DNA of 64,000 nucleotides from a virus. Location of the stretch: positions 1 through 64,000 of the IMG/VR virus record IMGVR_UViG_3300001097_000003, one strand, 5' to 3'. Shown in pieces: positions 1 through 10,020 of this stretch (position 1 is the first letter of the stretch; the number at the start of each line of letters is the position of its first letter). Below the pieces are notes generated by a model. That model did not search any database and was not told the DNA's origin. It was given only the letters and a program-made list of their open reading frames with translations. The position numbers were made by a program, and so were the translations under genes.

Positions 1-111
1 GTAGGTACTTCTAAAGTATTTGAAACTATTAAGAAGATATGGGAAGATTTACAGAAAGAAGAAGGAAGTGGTATTGCTAAAGGAGGATCAGTACCTTCAT
101 TGAACGATTAA
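1..111 (+). CDS. 3' end of an upstream ORF (partial, function unknown)
   Basis: Frame 1 is open from the window edge to TAA at 109-111 (...KKIWEDLQKEEGSGIAKGGSVPSLND*). It sits directly upstream of the large terminase gene. Confidence 0.4.
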   Translation, partial: VGTSKVFETIKKIWEDLQKEEGSGIAKGGSVPSLND

Positions 112-117
112 TAATAT

Positions 118-2343
118 ATGAGTTTCGACTATTTAGATTATAAAAATAAAATACCTTTACAGAAGTGTATAGTTAAATTAGAAAGAATAAATCCTCTTTC
201 AGTTAACTATGAACGTTTCTGGTTCCATACTATTAAAAGAAAACAGATTGAGGGTTATTGGGTAGATCATAATAATGAATACAAGTGGATACCAGGATCT
301 GTATTTCAATATGTTAATTTATGGAATATAGAGATGAAGAAGAAGAATACTTCTTCTAAAGGTAAAGTTATTGGTAAGCCTAGATTAAGAGACTTAGAGT
401 GGATTAAAGGATACGTCCACGCAGCTGCTAGAGGCTTTAGTGGATTTAAAGAAGATGAGGAATACTCCTGTCATAGAGTCTTATTAGATGAGAACAGAGA
501 TGATATAGTTCCTTATCTAGACGCTTACATAAGAGAAAATATATTAAGACGAGATGGTAGTTATAAATACTATATACCTGCTTTACAATACCTATATGAA
601 TATAAAACTAGGAATCTAGGTAAACCTTTATTCCATAACGAAGCGAAGAATGTTATTGAAATAGGTGCTCGTAACTATGGTAAAACTGTATGGTCAGGTA
701 ATATATCTGGACATAACTTCTTAACAGATGGTATAACAGATTATGATGAATGGTGGGTTAATAAGCAACTTCCTAAAGAAGATAGAATCATATATACTAC
801 TCAAACATTAATAGCAGCATCTGATTCTAAGTATGTTAATAATATAAATAAACATATCAAGATAGGATTAGAGAATCTTCCGGGTAAAATGGAAATAGGT
901 GGAGTATTATATCCTCCTCCATTATCTAAGAAGACTGCTGGTAGCTGGGTAGTAGGTAAAGATATTATAGCTAGATATGAAGAGAAGATTGGTGGTAACT
1001 GGGAATATAAAGGATCAGGTAGTGGATTCCTCCATAGATCATTTAAAGATAATCCTTTTGCAGCTAATGGATCTAGATATGGATTTGGACTAATAGATGA
1101 AGTAGGTTTTATGAATAACCTAGAAGAAGTTTTAGGACAACTCCATGAATGTACTACATCAGATGGTGAGAAGTATGGAACTATCTGGTTAACAGGTACA
1201 GGTGGGTCTATGACAAATGGTGCTACAGAACCTACTAAGAAAGTATTCTATGATCCTGATGCAGCAGATTGTATATCATTTGAAGACCAGTTTGAGAACA
1301 AAGGTAGAATAGGATTGTTTATACCTGCTTGGATGGCATTAGATAAGTTCAGAGATGAGTTTGGTAATGTAAATAAAGAATTATCATTAAGAGAACTGAT
1401 GAGAGAAAGAGAAATAGCTAAAGCAGCTAAATCAAAACAACCTTACTACTCTCTATTACAAATGAAACCTCTAGTACCTTCTGAAGCTTTCTTAGTAATG
1501 ACTGGTAATCTATTCCCAGTAGCAGAACTAAAAGACCATCTAGCCTATCTAGAATCAACAGATCATAAAAAGGATCTTGGTGACAGTGGTTGGATGGGTA
1601 GAGATACAGCAGGTAAAGCTGTATTTAAGATAGATCATAATTTAATACCAGCAGATTACCCAACTAGACAATCAATTGATCCTAAAGGAGCTATTGTAAT
1701 ATGGGAACATCCGACTGACAAAATAGGATATGGACAATATGTTGCGGGCATTGACCCTTATGACCAAGATAAAGCAGAATCATCCGTATCGTTTGGTTCT
1801 ATATTTATATATAAAAGATTTGTTAATGCAGATCAAACGTACCACTTACCAGTAGCAGAGTATACAGGTAGACCAGAATCAGCTAATGAGTTCTATGAGC
1901 AATGTAGAAGACTACTTGAATACTATCAATGTAGAGCTTTATTTGAGAATCAAAACACAGGTATTAAACAATACTTCCAGACCAAGTACTGCCTTAACTT
2001 GCTCCATACTCAACCTAATATCATTAAGTCTATCTCTCCCTCGACCAAAGTAGAAAGAGGATATGGTATTCACATGACTAAACCAATCAAAGATGATCTT
2101 CAGATTAAAGTAAGAGATTGGTTAAAAGCTGAATTAAGTCCAGGTATATTACAATTAACTAAGATATTATCTATTCCTTTAATCAAAGAGTTGATAGGAT
2201 ATAATGATGATGGTAACTTCGATAGATTCATATCATTTGCTCTGTGTATCTTACAAGATCTTGAAATGCATCAGATTCTGGTAGAAGAAACTATCGTTGA
2301 AGAAATGGAAGATAACTTCTTTGCTAGATCTCTTTTTAGATAA
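118..2343 (+). CDS. terL: terminase large subunit
   Basis: 741-aa ORF with Walker A-like GARNYGKT, Walker B-like GLIDEVGF and a nuclease-domain acidic motif AGIDPYDQD. It is the first gene of the head-morphogenesis block and is followed by a portal-sized ORF. Confidence 0.9.
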   Translation: MSFDYLDYKNKIPLQKCIVKLERINPLSVNYERFWFHTIKRKQIEGYWVDHNNEYKWIPGSVFQYVNLWNIEMKKKNTSSKGKVIGKPRLRDLEWIKGYVHAAARGFSGFKEDEEYSCHRVLLDENRDDIVPYLDAYIRENILRRDGSYKYYIPALQYLYEYKTRNLGKPLFHNEAKNVIEIGARNYGKTVWSGNISGHNFLTDGITDYDEWWVNKQLPKEDRIIYTTQTLIAASDSKYVNNINKHIKIGLENLPGKMEIGGVLYPPPLSKKTAGSWVVGKDIIARYEEKIGGNWEYKGSGSGFLHRSFKDNPFAANGSRYGFGLIDEVGFMNNLEEVLGQLHECTTSDGEKYGTIWLTGTGGSMTNGATEPTKKVFYDPDAADCISFEDQFENKGRIGLFIPAWMALDKFRDEFGNVNKELSLRELMREREIAKAAKSKQPYYSLLQMKPLVPSEAFLVMTGNLFPVAELKDHLAYLESTDHKKDLGDSGWMGRDTAGKAVFKIDHNLIPADYPTRQSIDPKGAIVIWEHPTDKIGYGQYVAGIDPYDQDKAESSVSFGSIFIYKRFVNADQTYHLPVAEYTGRPESANEFYEQCRRLLEYYQCRALFENQNTGIKQYFQTKYCLNLLHTQPNIIKSISPSTKVERGYGIHMTKPIKDDLQIKVRDWLKAELSPGILQLTKILSIPLIKELIGYNDDGNFDRFISFALCILQDLEMHQILVEETIVEEMEDNFFARSLFR

Positions 2344-2348
2344 TAAAT

Positions 2349-2379
2349 TTTGATATGTCAAATATAATCAGTAATTTTG
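2349..2379 (+). promoter_or_regulatory. Bacteroidota-type sigma-A promoter candidate (TTTG-N19-TAATTTTG)
   Basis: TTTG at 2349-2352, a 19-nt spacer, then TAATTTTG at 2372-2379. It lies 22 nt upstream of the portal ATG. Confidence 0.5.
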
Positions 2380-2400
2380 TAAATTATAGTAAATTTCTCA

Positions 2401-4785
2401 ATGAGTAACATAGCAGAAGAAATAAAGACTTCTTTAGAAAAAGATAAGTTAGGTAGTCCTAAACAAAAGTTACCTCGTTCTAAAAAAGGTAAATCTTGGG
2501 GTATTGCAAATGTAGATAATATAATTAAACTTAGTGGAGGAGCAAGTCCTTCTAGTAAAACTAAAGATAAAATTAATTATGATCTATATAACAATATCAT
2601 AGATCCATTAGATTTTACTTATGTAACTAATCCTTATGGAGCAGATCAAGAATTTCCAGCAAGACTATCTAATTATAATATAATTACTCCAAAGCTTAAA
2701 CTACTCGAAGGAGAAGAAATTAAAAGACCATTTAACTTTAGGGTGGCAGCAGTTAATTCAGATGCTGTATCTCAAATAGAACAAAAGCGTAAAGATTTAC
2801 TATTACAGTATTTAGAAAGTGAACTTGTAGCAGAATTACAAGCTCAAGGAGTAGAAGTACAAAATCCTGAAACTGGTGAAATTATGACTCCAGAACAGGT
2901 TGAAAAATATATGAGTTATTCTGAAGCTGATATAAGAGAATCAGTAGCTAATAAAATAGCAAGATATTTAATACCTCAGCAAAACTTAATATACAAATGG
3001 AATAAAGGATTTAAAGATGCTTTAATAGTAGCTAAAGAATTCTACTATATTGGTATACAAGGATCTGATCCTATATGTAATGTATTAAATCCTCTCCACG
3101 TAGCTTATGATAAAGACCCAGACTTAGACTTCATACAAGATGGTCAATGGGCTACTTATACAGACTATTGTACACCTTCATCTATTATAGACGCTTTCTA
3201 TGATGATCTAAAAGATTCAGATATAACTAAGATAGATGGGAATAACTTTGCAAGTAATAACCTAGGACTTGATCCTAGTGATGGTAAACTAAGCGTAACA
3301 TATAATGCTCCTGTTCCAACAGCAGATAATTCTTCTTCTTCTGGTAATTACATACCGGTAATAAGAGTTGAATGGAAATCTATGAGAAAGATAGGTTTCT
3401 TAAAATACTATGATGAAAGTTTACAAGAACAAGAGATTATAGTAGATGAAGATTATGATGCACAAGAAGACAAAGGAGAAGAAATAGAATGGATTTGGAT
3501 TAGTGAAGTATGGGAAGGTACTAAAATAGGTACTGATATATACTGTAGAATAAGACCAAAGTCAGTTCAATACAGATCAATGGATAACCCATCAGGTTGT
3601 AAATTAGGATTTGTAGGAGCTACATATAACAGCAGAAACTCAATTCCTACTTCTTTAGTAGACTTAGTTAAACATCACCAATACCTATATAACATTATTA
3701 TGTATAGGATGGAGTTTGAAATAGCTAAAGCTAAAGGTAAGAAGATGGTAATGGATTTAGCACAGATACCAAGATCACAAGGTATATCTCTTGAGAAATG
3801 GATGTATTATTTTGATTCAATGGGTATTGCCTTTATTAACTCTTTTGAAGAAGGTAAAGGTAAGTTTGCTGGACAGACTTCTGCCTTTAATCAGTTTACA
3901 GCTATTGATATGAGTTTATCTCAATCGGTAGGACAATACATTGGAATACTTAATCAGCTAGATAATATGGCTGGTGATCTTATGGGAGTATCCAAGCAAC
4001 GACAAGGTTCTATATCTTCTAGCGAAACAGTAGGTGGAGTAGAAAGATCAGTAGTACAGTCTTCTCACATAACAGAACCTTTGTTCTATATGCACAATGA
4101 GATAAAGAAACATGTCTTATCCCATCTAATAGAAACAGCTAAAGTAGCTTACCCAGAAGGTAAGAAGATTAACTATATATTAGATGATATGAGCAGAGTA
4201 TTCTTATCCTTAGAAGAAGGATTTAAAGATGCTGATTATGGAGTATTTGTAACTAATGGTGCTAAAGAAGTTAAGGCTTTAGAAGATCTTAGATCACTAT
4301 CACAACAAGCTGTTGCTTCTGGTATTATAACCTTAACAGAATTAGTATCTATATTTGATTCAGATTCTATTGCAGATATTAAAAACATTGTACTTAAAGG
4401 TGAACAAAGGAAACAAGGTCAGGTAGAACAAGAACAACAAGCTGCACAACAATTGCAACAACAAGCTTTAGAAGCTCAAGCACAAATTGAATCTGATAAA
4501 GCAGATAGACTAGATGCTAGAGAAGAGATTAAAGGAGAGATCCAGAAAGAAGTTGCTTATATTAAAACCTTTGGTGGGGTTAATAGCTCACCTACAGAGG
4601 ATGCCGATAGTGATGGTGTACCTGATGTAGTAGAATATTTACAAATGTCTCAAGATGCTAAGTTTCATGATGATCAAATGAATCTGGAAGATAAAAAACT
4701 TAAGCAGAAAGATAGAGAAATAGATATGAAAGAAAAGATTGAAAGGATAAAAGCTAAAGCACGTCCAAAACCTAGTAGTAAATAA
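2401..4785 (+). CDS. portal protein (by synteny and size)
   Basis: 794-aa ORF immediately downstream of terL. It has a C-terminal Q-rich coiled coil (QEQQAAQQLQQQALEAQAQ) and a DADSDGVPD motif. There is no catalytic motif, so the call rests on position and size. Confidence 0.7.
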   Translation: MSNIAEEIKTSLEKDKLGSPKQKLPRSKKGKSWGIANVDNIIKLSGGASPSSKTKDKINYDLYNNIIDPLDFTYVTNPYGADQEFPARLSNYNIITPKLKLLEGEEIKRPFNFRVAAVNSDAVSQIEQKRKDLLLQYLESELVAELQAQGVEVQNPETGEIMTPEQVEKYMSYSEADIRESVANKIARYLIPQQNLIYKWNKGFKDALIVAKEFYYIGIQGSDPICNVLNPLHVAYDKDPDLDFIQDGQWATYTDYCTPSSIIDAFYDDLKDSDITKIDGNNFASNNLGLDPSDGKLSVTYNAPVPTADNSSSSGNYIPVIRVEWKSMRKIGFLKYYDESLQEQEIIVDEDYDAQEDKGEEIEWIWISEVWEGTKIGTDIYCRIRPKSVQYRSMDNPSGCKLGFVGATYNSRNSIPTSLVDLVKHHQYLYNIIMYRMEFEIAKAKGKKMVMDLAQIPRSQGISLEKWMYYFDSMGIAFINSFEEGKGKFAGQTSAFNQFTAIDMSLSQSVGQYIGILNQLDNMAGDLMGVSKQRQGSISSSETVGGVERSVVQSSHITEPLFYMHNEIKKHVLSHLIETAKVAYPEGKKINYILDDMSRVFLSLEEGFKDADYGVFVTNGAKEVKALEDLRSLSQQAVASGIITLTELVSIFDSDSIADIKNIVLKGEQRKQGQVEQEQQAAQQLQQQALEAQAQIESDKADRLDAREEIKGEIQKEVAYIKTFGGVNSSPTEDADSDGVPDVVEYLQMSQDAKFHDDQMNLEDKKLKQKDREIDMKEKIERIKAKARPKPSSK

Positions 4786-4865
4786 ACGCTATAGAAACAA
4801 AGAGTAATATAAAGAAATAAGAAAATATATTTTTTAATTAAATAAATAAACATTAATTTTGTAAC

Positions 4866-5963
4866 ATGAGTTTAGAACAAACAATAAATCAAGATTCTGA
4901 TCTGTTTAAAAGCTTCGTAAATGAAGGAGATCCTGAGGCAGATTTAGAAATAACAAATGAAGTACCAGTAGTTACGGATGTAGTTGAATTACCTAGTGAT
5001 GAACTAGAGATAACAACACAAGTACCAGAAGATACAGAAGATACTACAGAAGAAGTTACTACAGAAGAAACAGAAGATACTGAACAAGAAGAGATACCTG
5101 AAGATACAGAGTCTTATTCTTATAAAGCTTTTGCAAAGTATTTAAGTGACGAAGGTATAGTAGAATTTGAAGATAACGAAGATTTACCAGATACACCAGA
5201 TGTATTATTTGAATCGGTAAAGAAAACAATAGCTAAAGAAATAGATAACTATAAAGCATCTATTCCTACAAAAGCAAAAGAGATTATAGAGTATCTAGAA
5301 AAAGGTGGAGATATTGATAAGTATTTAAATACACTTCAAAAACCTTTTAATATTAAAGAATTAGATCTTAGTTCAGAATCAGATCAAGAATCAATAGTAA
5401 GAGAGTTTCTTAAAAGTCAAGAATATAGTCAAGAAGAAATTAACGAGACTATAACAGATTATAAAGAATCTCTACTATTAGAAAAACAAGCAGCTATTGC
5501 TTCTAAGAATTTAGAAAAAGTATTTGCTAAGAGAGAACAAAATTTGTTATCTGAACAAGAGAACTTACAAGAAATACAAAAGCAACAATATGTAGAGTAT
5601 GTAACTGGTTTACAAAATACTATTGATAATGCAACAGAACTAGCAGGACTACCATTAACTGAAAAAGAAAAGAAAGACTTTAAAATCTATCTTTTAGCAG
5701 TTGATAAAGAAGGTAAAACACAATATGAAAAAGAGATTGCTGCTGAACCTAAAACTCCTATAGAATTAGCTTATCTTAAATTTACTAAATATGATTTTAG
5801 TAAAGCTAGAAAAGCAGGAGAAACAGCAGCTACTCAAAAGCTTAAGAATATCTTCAAAAAAAATGAAGTTGTTCCTAAATCAGCTAAAGCAATAACTGCT
5901 GATAATACAGATAGTGATTTAAGTGCCTTTGATGTATTTAGAAGATCTATAAAAACAGAATAA
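4866..5963 (+). CDS. scaffolding-like protein
   Basis: 365 aa with an extremely acidic E/T/D-rich N-terminus and long coiled-coil-like K/E-rich stretches. It lies between the portal and capsid genes. TAATTTTG at 4854-4861 sits just upstream. Confidence 0.5.
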   Translation: MSLEQTINQDSDLFKSFVNEGDPEADLEITNEVPVVTDVVELPSDELEITTQVPEDTEDTTEEVTTEETEDTEQEEIPEDTESYSYKAFAKYLSDEGIVEFEDNEDLPDTPDVLFESVKKTIAKEIDNYKASIPTKAKEIIEYLEKGGDIDKYLNTLQKPFNIKELDLSSESDQESIVREFLKSQEYSQEEINETITDYKESLLLEKQAAIASKNLEKVFAKREQNLLSEQENLQEIQKQQYVEYVTGLQNTIDNATELAGLPLTEKEKKDFKIYLLAVDKEGKTQYEKEIAAEPKTPIELAYLKFTKYDFSKARKAGETAATQKLKNIFKKNEVVPKSAKAITADNTDSDLSAFDVFRRSIKTE

Positions 5964-6008
5964 TCATTTGGTAAATAAATATAAATAAAACTTAAAATTA
6001 AATAATTA

Positions 6009-7442
6009 ATGAACGTAAACAGTTTACAACTTTATCAAGGTAAAAAGTTTGCCGGGCTAACAGATAGCAACAACTTGGCTACTGCATTTTTAACAGAACC
6101 AGAAACAGTCAATAATACACTGTCTTATGTATTCGGTTATAAATACAAGAATCCATTGTCTTTGTTTACAGGTGGTCTAGGCAAAACTAAAATGCTAGGC
6201 AACAGACAATACGACTGGAAATTAGCAGGAGATCTAGAAAGACCTATCTCTGTAGTAAGGAATTTGAATGATGGTAGTACAACCCCTGGATTAAATGGTC
6301 AAACATTTAGAGTAGTATTACAAGAGAAAGAATTTGTCTCTGGTGAAGTACTTATTCCAGATAACAGGGATTATCCTGTAATTGTTGTTGGAGATGCTAT
6401 ACAAGATGGAGATGGATTTATCTATACATTCCAACTTATTAATCCAGATCTAGCGGCTTTTATGCCTCCTGCATTAATAGCAGCTGGTAAAGAATTCTCG
6501 AAAGATTATTCAGCATTTGAAGAAGGATCTTCTAGATCAGGTATAACTACTTATGGTACTCCATTTGAACTTCGTAACCATTTGACTACCCAACGTAAGT
6601 CTCGTGAAATTACAGGTTCTGCTGCAACTGATGTAATGGCTATCATGATGAAAGATCAAGCATCTGGTAAAACTTCTTATCTTTGGACTACTGTTCAGGA
6701 ATGGACATTCCTAGCACAATGGTATCGTGAGTTAGATAGATCTTTGATGTATTCAACTTATAATGCTAAGTCTAACGGTACTGTAGCAATCAAAGGTGAA
6801 ACAGGTCGTCCAGTATATATTGGAGCAGGTCTTCGTCAACAAATCTCTCCTTCAAACAAACGTTACTATACTAATCTAACTGAAAACTCAATTAGAGAAT
6901 TCATGCTAGATTTGACATATAATGTTAAAGGTGATGGTGATGCAAAATTTGTTGCACTAGCAGGTTGGGGTTTTATGGATCTATTTGATAGAGCTATGAA
7001 AACTTCTATAGCAGCTTGGACTCTAGTAGATTCTAAGTTTGTTACAGGATCTGGTCAAGATCTAACGCTAGGTGGTCAATTTAAAACTTATAAAGGTATT
7101 AACGGTATTGAAATGACTGTTGTACATCAGCCTTTGTATGATGATCCAACCCACAACCGTCAATTACATCCTCTTACTGGTCGTCCAGTAGAATCATACA
7201 GGGCAACCTTTATTGATTACGGAATGTATAATGGTGAAAGTAATATTATGAAAGTTGCTAAGAATGATCGTGAATCAGTAATGTGGTACACAGGTGGTTC
7301 AATGGGACCTCAAGGACACTCTAATAGTGCGTCCAGAATGGGATCTAGTACTTTCGATGGTTTTGCAGTACATGTATTGTCTGAATCAGGAATAATGCTA
7401 CAGAATCCAATGAGTTGTGGTGAAATGATACTCTCAGTATAA
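6009..7442 (+). CDS. major capsid protein (by synteny)
   Basis: 477-aa ORF after the scaffold-like gene. Its Arg codons switch from the genome-typical AGA to CGT, a bias typical of highly expressed genes. It is followed by a hairpin at 7458-7475. Confidence 0.7.
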   Translation: MNVNSLQLYQGKKFAGLTDSNNLATAFLTEPETVNNTLSYVFGYKYKNPLSLFTGGLGKTKMLGNRQYDWKLAGDLERPISVVRNLNDGSTTPGLNGQTFRVVLQEKEFVSGEVLIPDNRDYPVIVVGDAIQDGDGFIYTFQLINPDLAAFMPPALIAAGKEFSKDYSAFEEGSSRSGITTYGTPFELRNHLTTQRKSREITGSAATDVMAIMMKDQASGKTSYLWTTVQEWTFLAQWYRELDRSLMYSTYNAKSNGTVAIKGETGRPVYIGAGLRQQISPSNKRYYTNLTENSIREFMLDLTYNVKGDGDAKFVALAGWGFMDLFDRAMKTSIAAWTLVDSKFVTGSGQDLTLGGQFKTYKGINGIEMTVVHQPLYDDPTHNRQLHPLTGRPVESYRATFIDYGMYNGESNIMKVAKNDRESVMWYTGGSMGPQGHSNSASRMGSSTFDGFAVHVLSESGIMLQNPMSCGEMILSV

Positions 7443-7457
7443 TAGTACTACTTATAT

Positions 7458-7475
7458 AGGGGAAGCAATTCCCCT
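7458..7475 (+). terminator. stem-loop after capsid gene (AGGGGAA-GCAA-TTCCCCT)
   Basis: Perfect 7-bp stem with a GCAA loop, 16 nt after the capsid stop. The downstream T-tract is weak, so it may attenuate or stabilise rather than terminate. Confidence 0.45.
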
Positions 7476-7518
7476 TAATAAAGCGAATTAAAATAAGTAG
7501 CAACAATAAACAAAATTT

Positions 7519-8295
7519 ATGAGTAAGACAGTAGTAATAAAACTAGTAGACAAAAAAGACAGTTGGGGTAAGTTCACAAGGTATGCAAATACTAAAGATT
7601 ATATAGTACCCTATTTTGATGAAAGTATAGGTGGTCAAAGATATACAGGACTATCTAAAGAAGATGAAGAGTATTTTCAAAGTAAGTTAGGTATAGCAGA
7701 TTTATCTCCTCTATCAGTTTACTGGGATGAATTCAGAGTCAAAACAAGTGAGAAACCAACAATATTATATCTAGCAAATCCAGAGGATGAACTTAAATAT
7801 AAATTCTTGATTAACCACAAAAGAGTAGCAGAATCAATTACAGATCCTTCTATAGGTATCAAAGACTACTACATAGTAGATGATAGTAAAGAAGCTGAAG
7901 TAATTATGAGAGGTGCTTCAGAGAAGATAAAAGCTAATAAGATATTCTCAGGATTATCTACAGAGAATAAAAAAGATATTCTTAGATTGTATCCAGGATA
8001 TACCAACTTAGGTTCAGTATCAGATGAAATTGTAGATTCAAAACTATATACAGAGTTAGAGAAAAAACCAGGTGTATTTATTCTCCATGCTGAAGATAAG
8101 AAAAGAGATAGTAAAGTATTCCTTAAAGATCTTGTATCAGCAGAAATACTTAGAAAAAATAAAAGTTCATATTACTATGGAGATGACTTTATAGGACACG
8201 ATGAAGAAACAGCAATTAATTACATAGAAGATCCTGCTAGACAATCTCTTAAGATTGATTTAATGAGTCAACTAAGTAAATTAAAAAAGAAATAA
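7519..8295 (+). CDS. hypothetical virion-module protein
   Basis: 258-aa ORF in the head gene block. It is tightly coupled to the next ORF by a TAATG overlap at 8292-8297. Confidence 0.6.
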   Translation: MSKTVVIKLVDKKDSWGKFTRYANTKDYIVPYFDESIGGQRYTGLSKEDEEYFQSKLGIADLSPLSVYWDEFRVKTSEKPTILYLANPEDELKYKFLINHKRVAESITDPSIGIKDYYIVDDSKEAEVIMRGASEKIKANKIFSGLSTENKKDILRLYPGYTNLGSVSDEIVDSKLYTELEKKPGVFILHAEDKKRDSKVFLKDLVSAEILRKNKSSYYYGDDFIGHDEETAINYIEDPARQSLKIDLMSQLSKLKKK

Positions 8296-8972
8296 TGACT
8301 ATACAAGAGTTTCATATTAATTTTGATATAGAATTAGATAAAACTCTTGACTTTGAATATCCTTATATACGTCCTGAACAAAAGGACTATTGGTTAAACA
8401 AAGCTCAGGATAGATTTATAAAAGATAGATTATATCCTAAAGATCCAAATAAAAAAGGATTTGAAGGAAATCAAAAGAGAATAGACGATTTAAAAGGTTT
8501 AGTAAAAAAGTCTGGAGCAGTTACACCTACTGTATCAGGAACTATTTACACTAGCTCATTACCAAATGATTATAAACATTTAATTCGTCATAGGTGTACA
8601 ACAAACACTACTGCTTGCGGTAGTAAAGAAGTGGGAGGACAAGAAGTACAACAAGACGATCTTAATGTTTTATTAAGAAGTCCTTTTTGGAAACCAACAG
8701 CAGATGAACCTTTATATTATTTAGATTCAACAGGTTTGGTTTATGAAACAGATGGTTCATTTACAATAACCTCTACAGTTTTTACTTATATAAAAGATCC
8801 TGTTCAAATGAAATATGGAACTATTTATACAAGTCCAACTACAGATGTACAATGTGAACTAGACCCAGCAGTACATGCAGAAATACTAGACATAGTTATT
8901 TCAATAGTATTAGAGAATATAGAATCACAAAGATATCAAACAAATTTAAACGAATTAAATAAATCAGAATAA
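8295..8972 (+). CDS. hypothetical virion-module protein
   Basis: 225-aa ORF in the head gene block. No recognisable motif. Confidence 0.6.
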   Translation: MTIQEFHINFDIELDKTLDFEYPYIRPEQKDYWLNKAQDRFIKDRLYPKDPNKKGFEGNQKRIDDLKGLVKKSGAVTPTVSGTIYTSSLPNDYKHLIRHRCTTNTTACGSKEVGGQEVQQDDLNVLLRSPFWKPTADEPLYYLDSTGLVYETDGSFTITSTVFTYIKDPVQMKYGTIYTSPTTDVQCELDPAVHAEILDIVISIVLENIESQRYQTNLNELNKSE

Positions 8973-8995
8973 TAAAATTAAATAAATAAAAAATA

Positions 8996-9925
8996 ATGAG
9001 TGTAACAAATAGAGTTTTTAAAGTTCTCGCTACGAATGGTACAGCAATGGCTGATTTAGCAGACACAGGAGCTGGTGAATATCTAGTAATTAAAGAAGAT
9101 GGTAGTGCTGTAACGGCAGCTACCGCACTTGATCGTGATGAAAAAGTACAAGTTGTTGTAAATTCTCCATCCGGTATTAAAGTGTTTTCTGATAAGATTA
9201 GAATAGGTGACATTACAGCTTATAATACACAAGCTTACGCTGCTTTAGCAGAACAAGTTATTACTTGGACTCCTCCAACTCCGGTTGCTGGTGTTGAGTA
9301 TAATCTATCTATTATAGATAAATCAGATAAAGAGATCTTGCAACAAAGACAATCTAAACGTAGCTATACAGTAGTTGCAGGTACTGGTGAAACTCCTACA
9401 ACTTTGGGTGATAAGTTTAGAGCAGCTATCGCAGCTGATTCTGCTAGTTCAGTAGTTGGTTCAGGAACAGCAACAGTAATTCTAACTGCTAAATCAATAG
9501 CTTCAGCAGCTAATATAATTGATGAAACTCCTGCACAAATAGTATTTGACATCTTTGTTAGTCAAATAGTATCTGGAGGATTTCCTACAGCAGCTGGAAC
9601 AGTAGCTTATACTACAGCAGTTGGTTTTGGATCTGGACAATACTTTCAAATTCATAAACTAGAGCAACGTGGTATAGGATATACTGGTGTAAGCAATAGG
9701 ACTAAATTTCCAGTTGAATCAGGTCAATTCTTAGCAGTAGCTGGAGTAAATTATGATGTAGCAGTAGTAGAATTTGACAATCGTCATGATACTAATGTAG
9801 TAGTAGAAGGTGAGAAAAGAGCCCCAGAGACTCTTATCTTAGCTGTAACTACTGGTGCGTCAGCAGGTTTATTTGCTATACTAGCTAGATTAGCTGGATC
9901 AGGAGATCAAGCGGTAGTAATATAA
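8996..9925 (+). CDS. abundant structural protein, role unresolved (auxiliary capsid or decoration-type candidate)
   Basis: 309 aa, rich in Ala, Thr, Val and Gly. Codon usage differs from its neighbours. It is followed by two hairpins, including a strong T-tract terminator. Confidence 0.55.
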   Translation: MSVTNRVFKVLATNGTAMADLADTGAGEYLVIKEDGSAVTAATALDRDEKVQVVVNSPSGIKVFSDKIRIGDITAYNTQAYAALAEQVITWTPPTPVAGVEYNLSIIDKSDKEILQQRQSKRSYTVVAGTGETPTTLGDKFRAAIAADSASSVVGSGTATVILTAKSIASAANIIDETPAQIVFDIFVSQIVSGGFPTAAGTVAYTTAVGFGSGQYFQIHKLEQRGIGYTGVSNRTKFPVESGQFLAVAGVNYDVAVVEFDNRHDTNVVVEGEKRAPETLILAVTTGASAGLFAILARLAGSGDQAVVI

Positions 9926-9940
9926 TTATTTTTCCAATTA

Positions 9941-9972
9941 TTTGGAAATAACAATAAAAAAGGGTAACTTTG
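9941..9972 (+). promoter_or_regulatory. Bacteroidota-type promoter candidate (TTTG-N20-TAACTTTG)
   Basis: TTTG at 9941-9944, a 20-nt spacer, then TAACTTTG at 9965-9972. Both elements lie inside the two hairpins that follow the 8996-9925 gene. It is about 50 nt upstream of the ATG at 10021. Confidence 0.5.
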
Positions 9973-9997
9973 TATTATACAGGGTTATCCTTTTTTT
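9956..9997 (+). terminator. rho-independent terminator
   Basis: AAAAAGGGTAAC pairs with GGTTATCCTTTTT (12 bp including one G.T pair) and runs into a T7 tract at 9991-9997. It is preceded by a smaller hairpin TTCCAA-TTAT-TTGGAA at 9933-9948. Confidence 0.7.
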
Positions 9998-10020
9998 CTT
10001 TATAAACTAATTAAAACTTA

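Noticed and set aside
4900-5110. Acidic E/T/D-rich low-complexity stretch in the scaffold-like gene, which looks repetitive.
   Set aside because: The bias is compositional at the protein level. No exact nucleotide repeat unit could be traced.
8896-9552. Minus-strand ORFs 8896-9213 and 9364-9552, lying mostly opposite the 8996-9925 gene.
   Set aside because: They are low-complexity mirror-image translations of an Ala/Thr/Val-rich gene (8896-9213 also runs across the 8973-8995 spacer into the 3' end of the 8295-8972 gene). They have no independent start context, and the sense gene has far better coding character.
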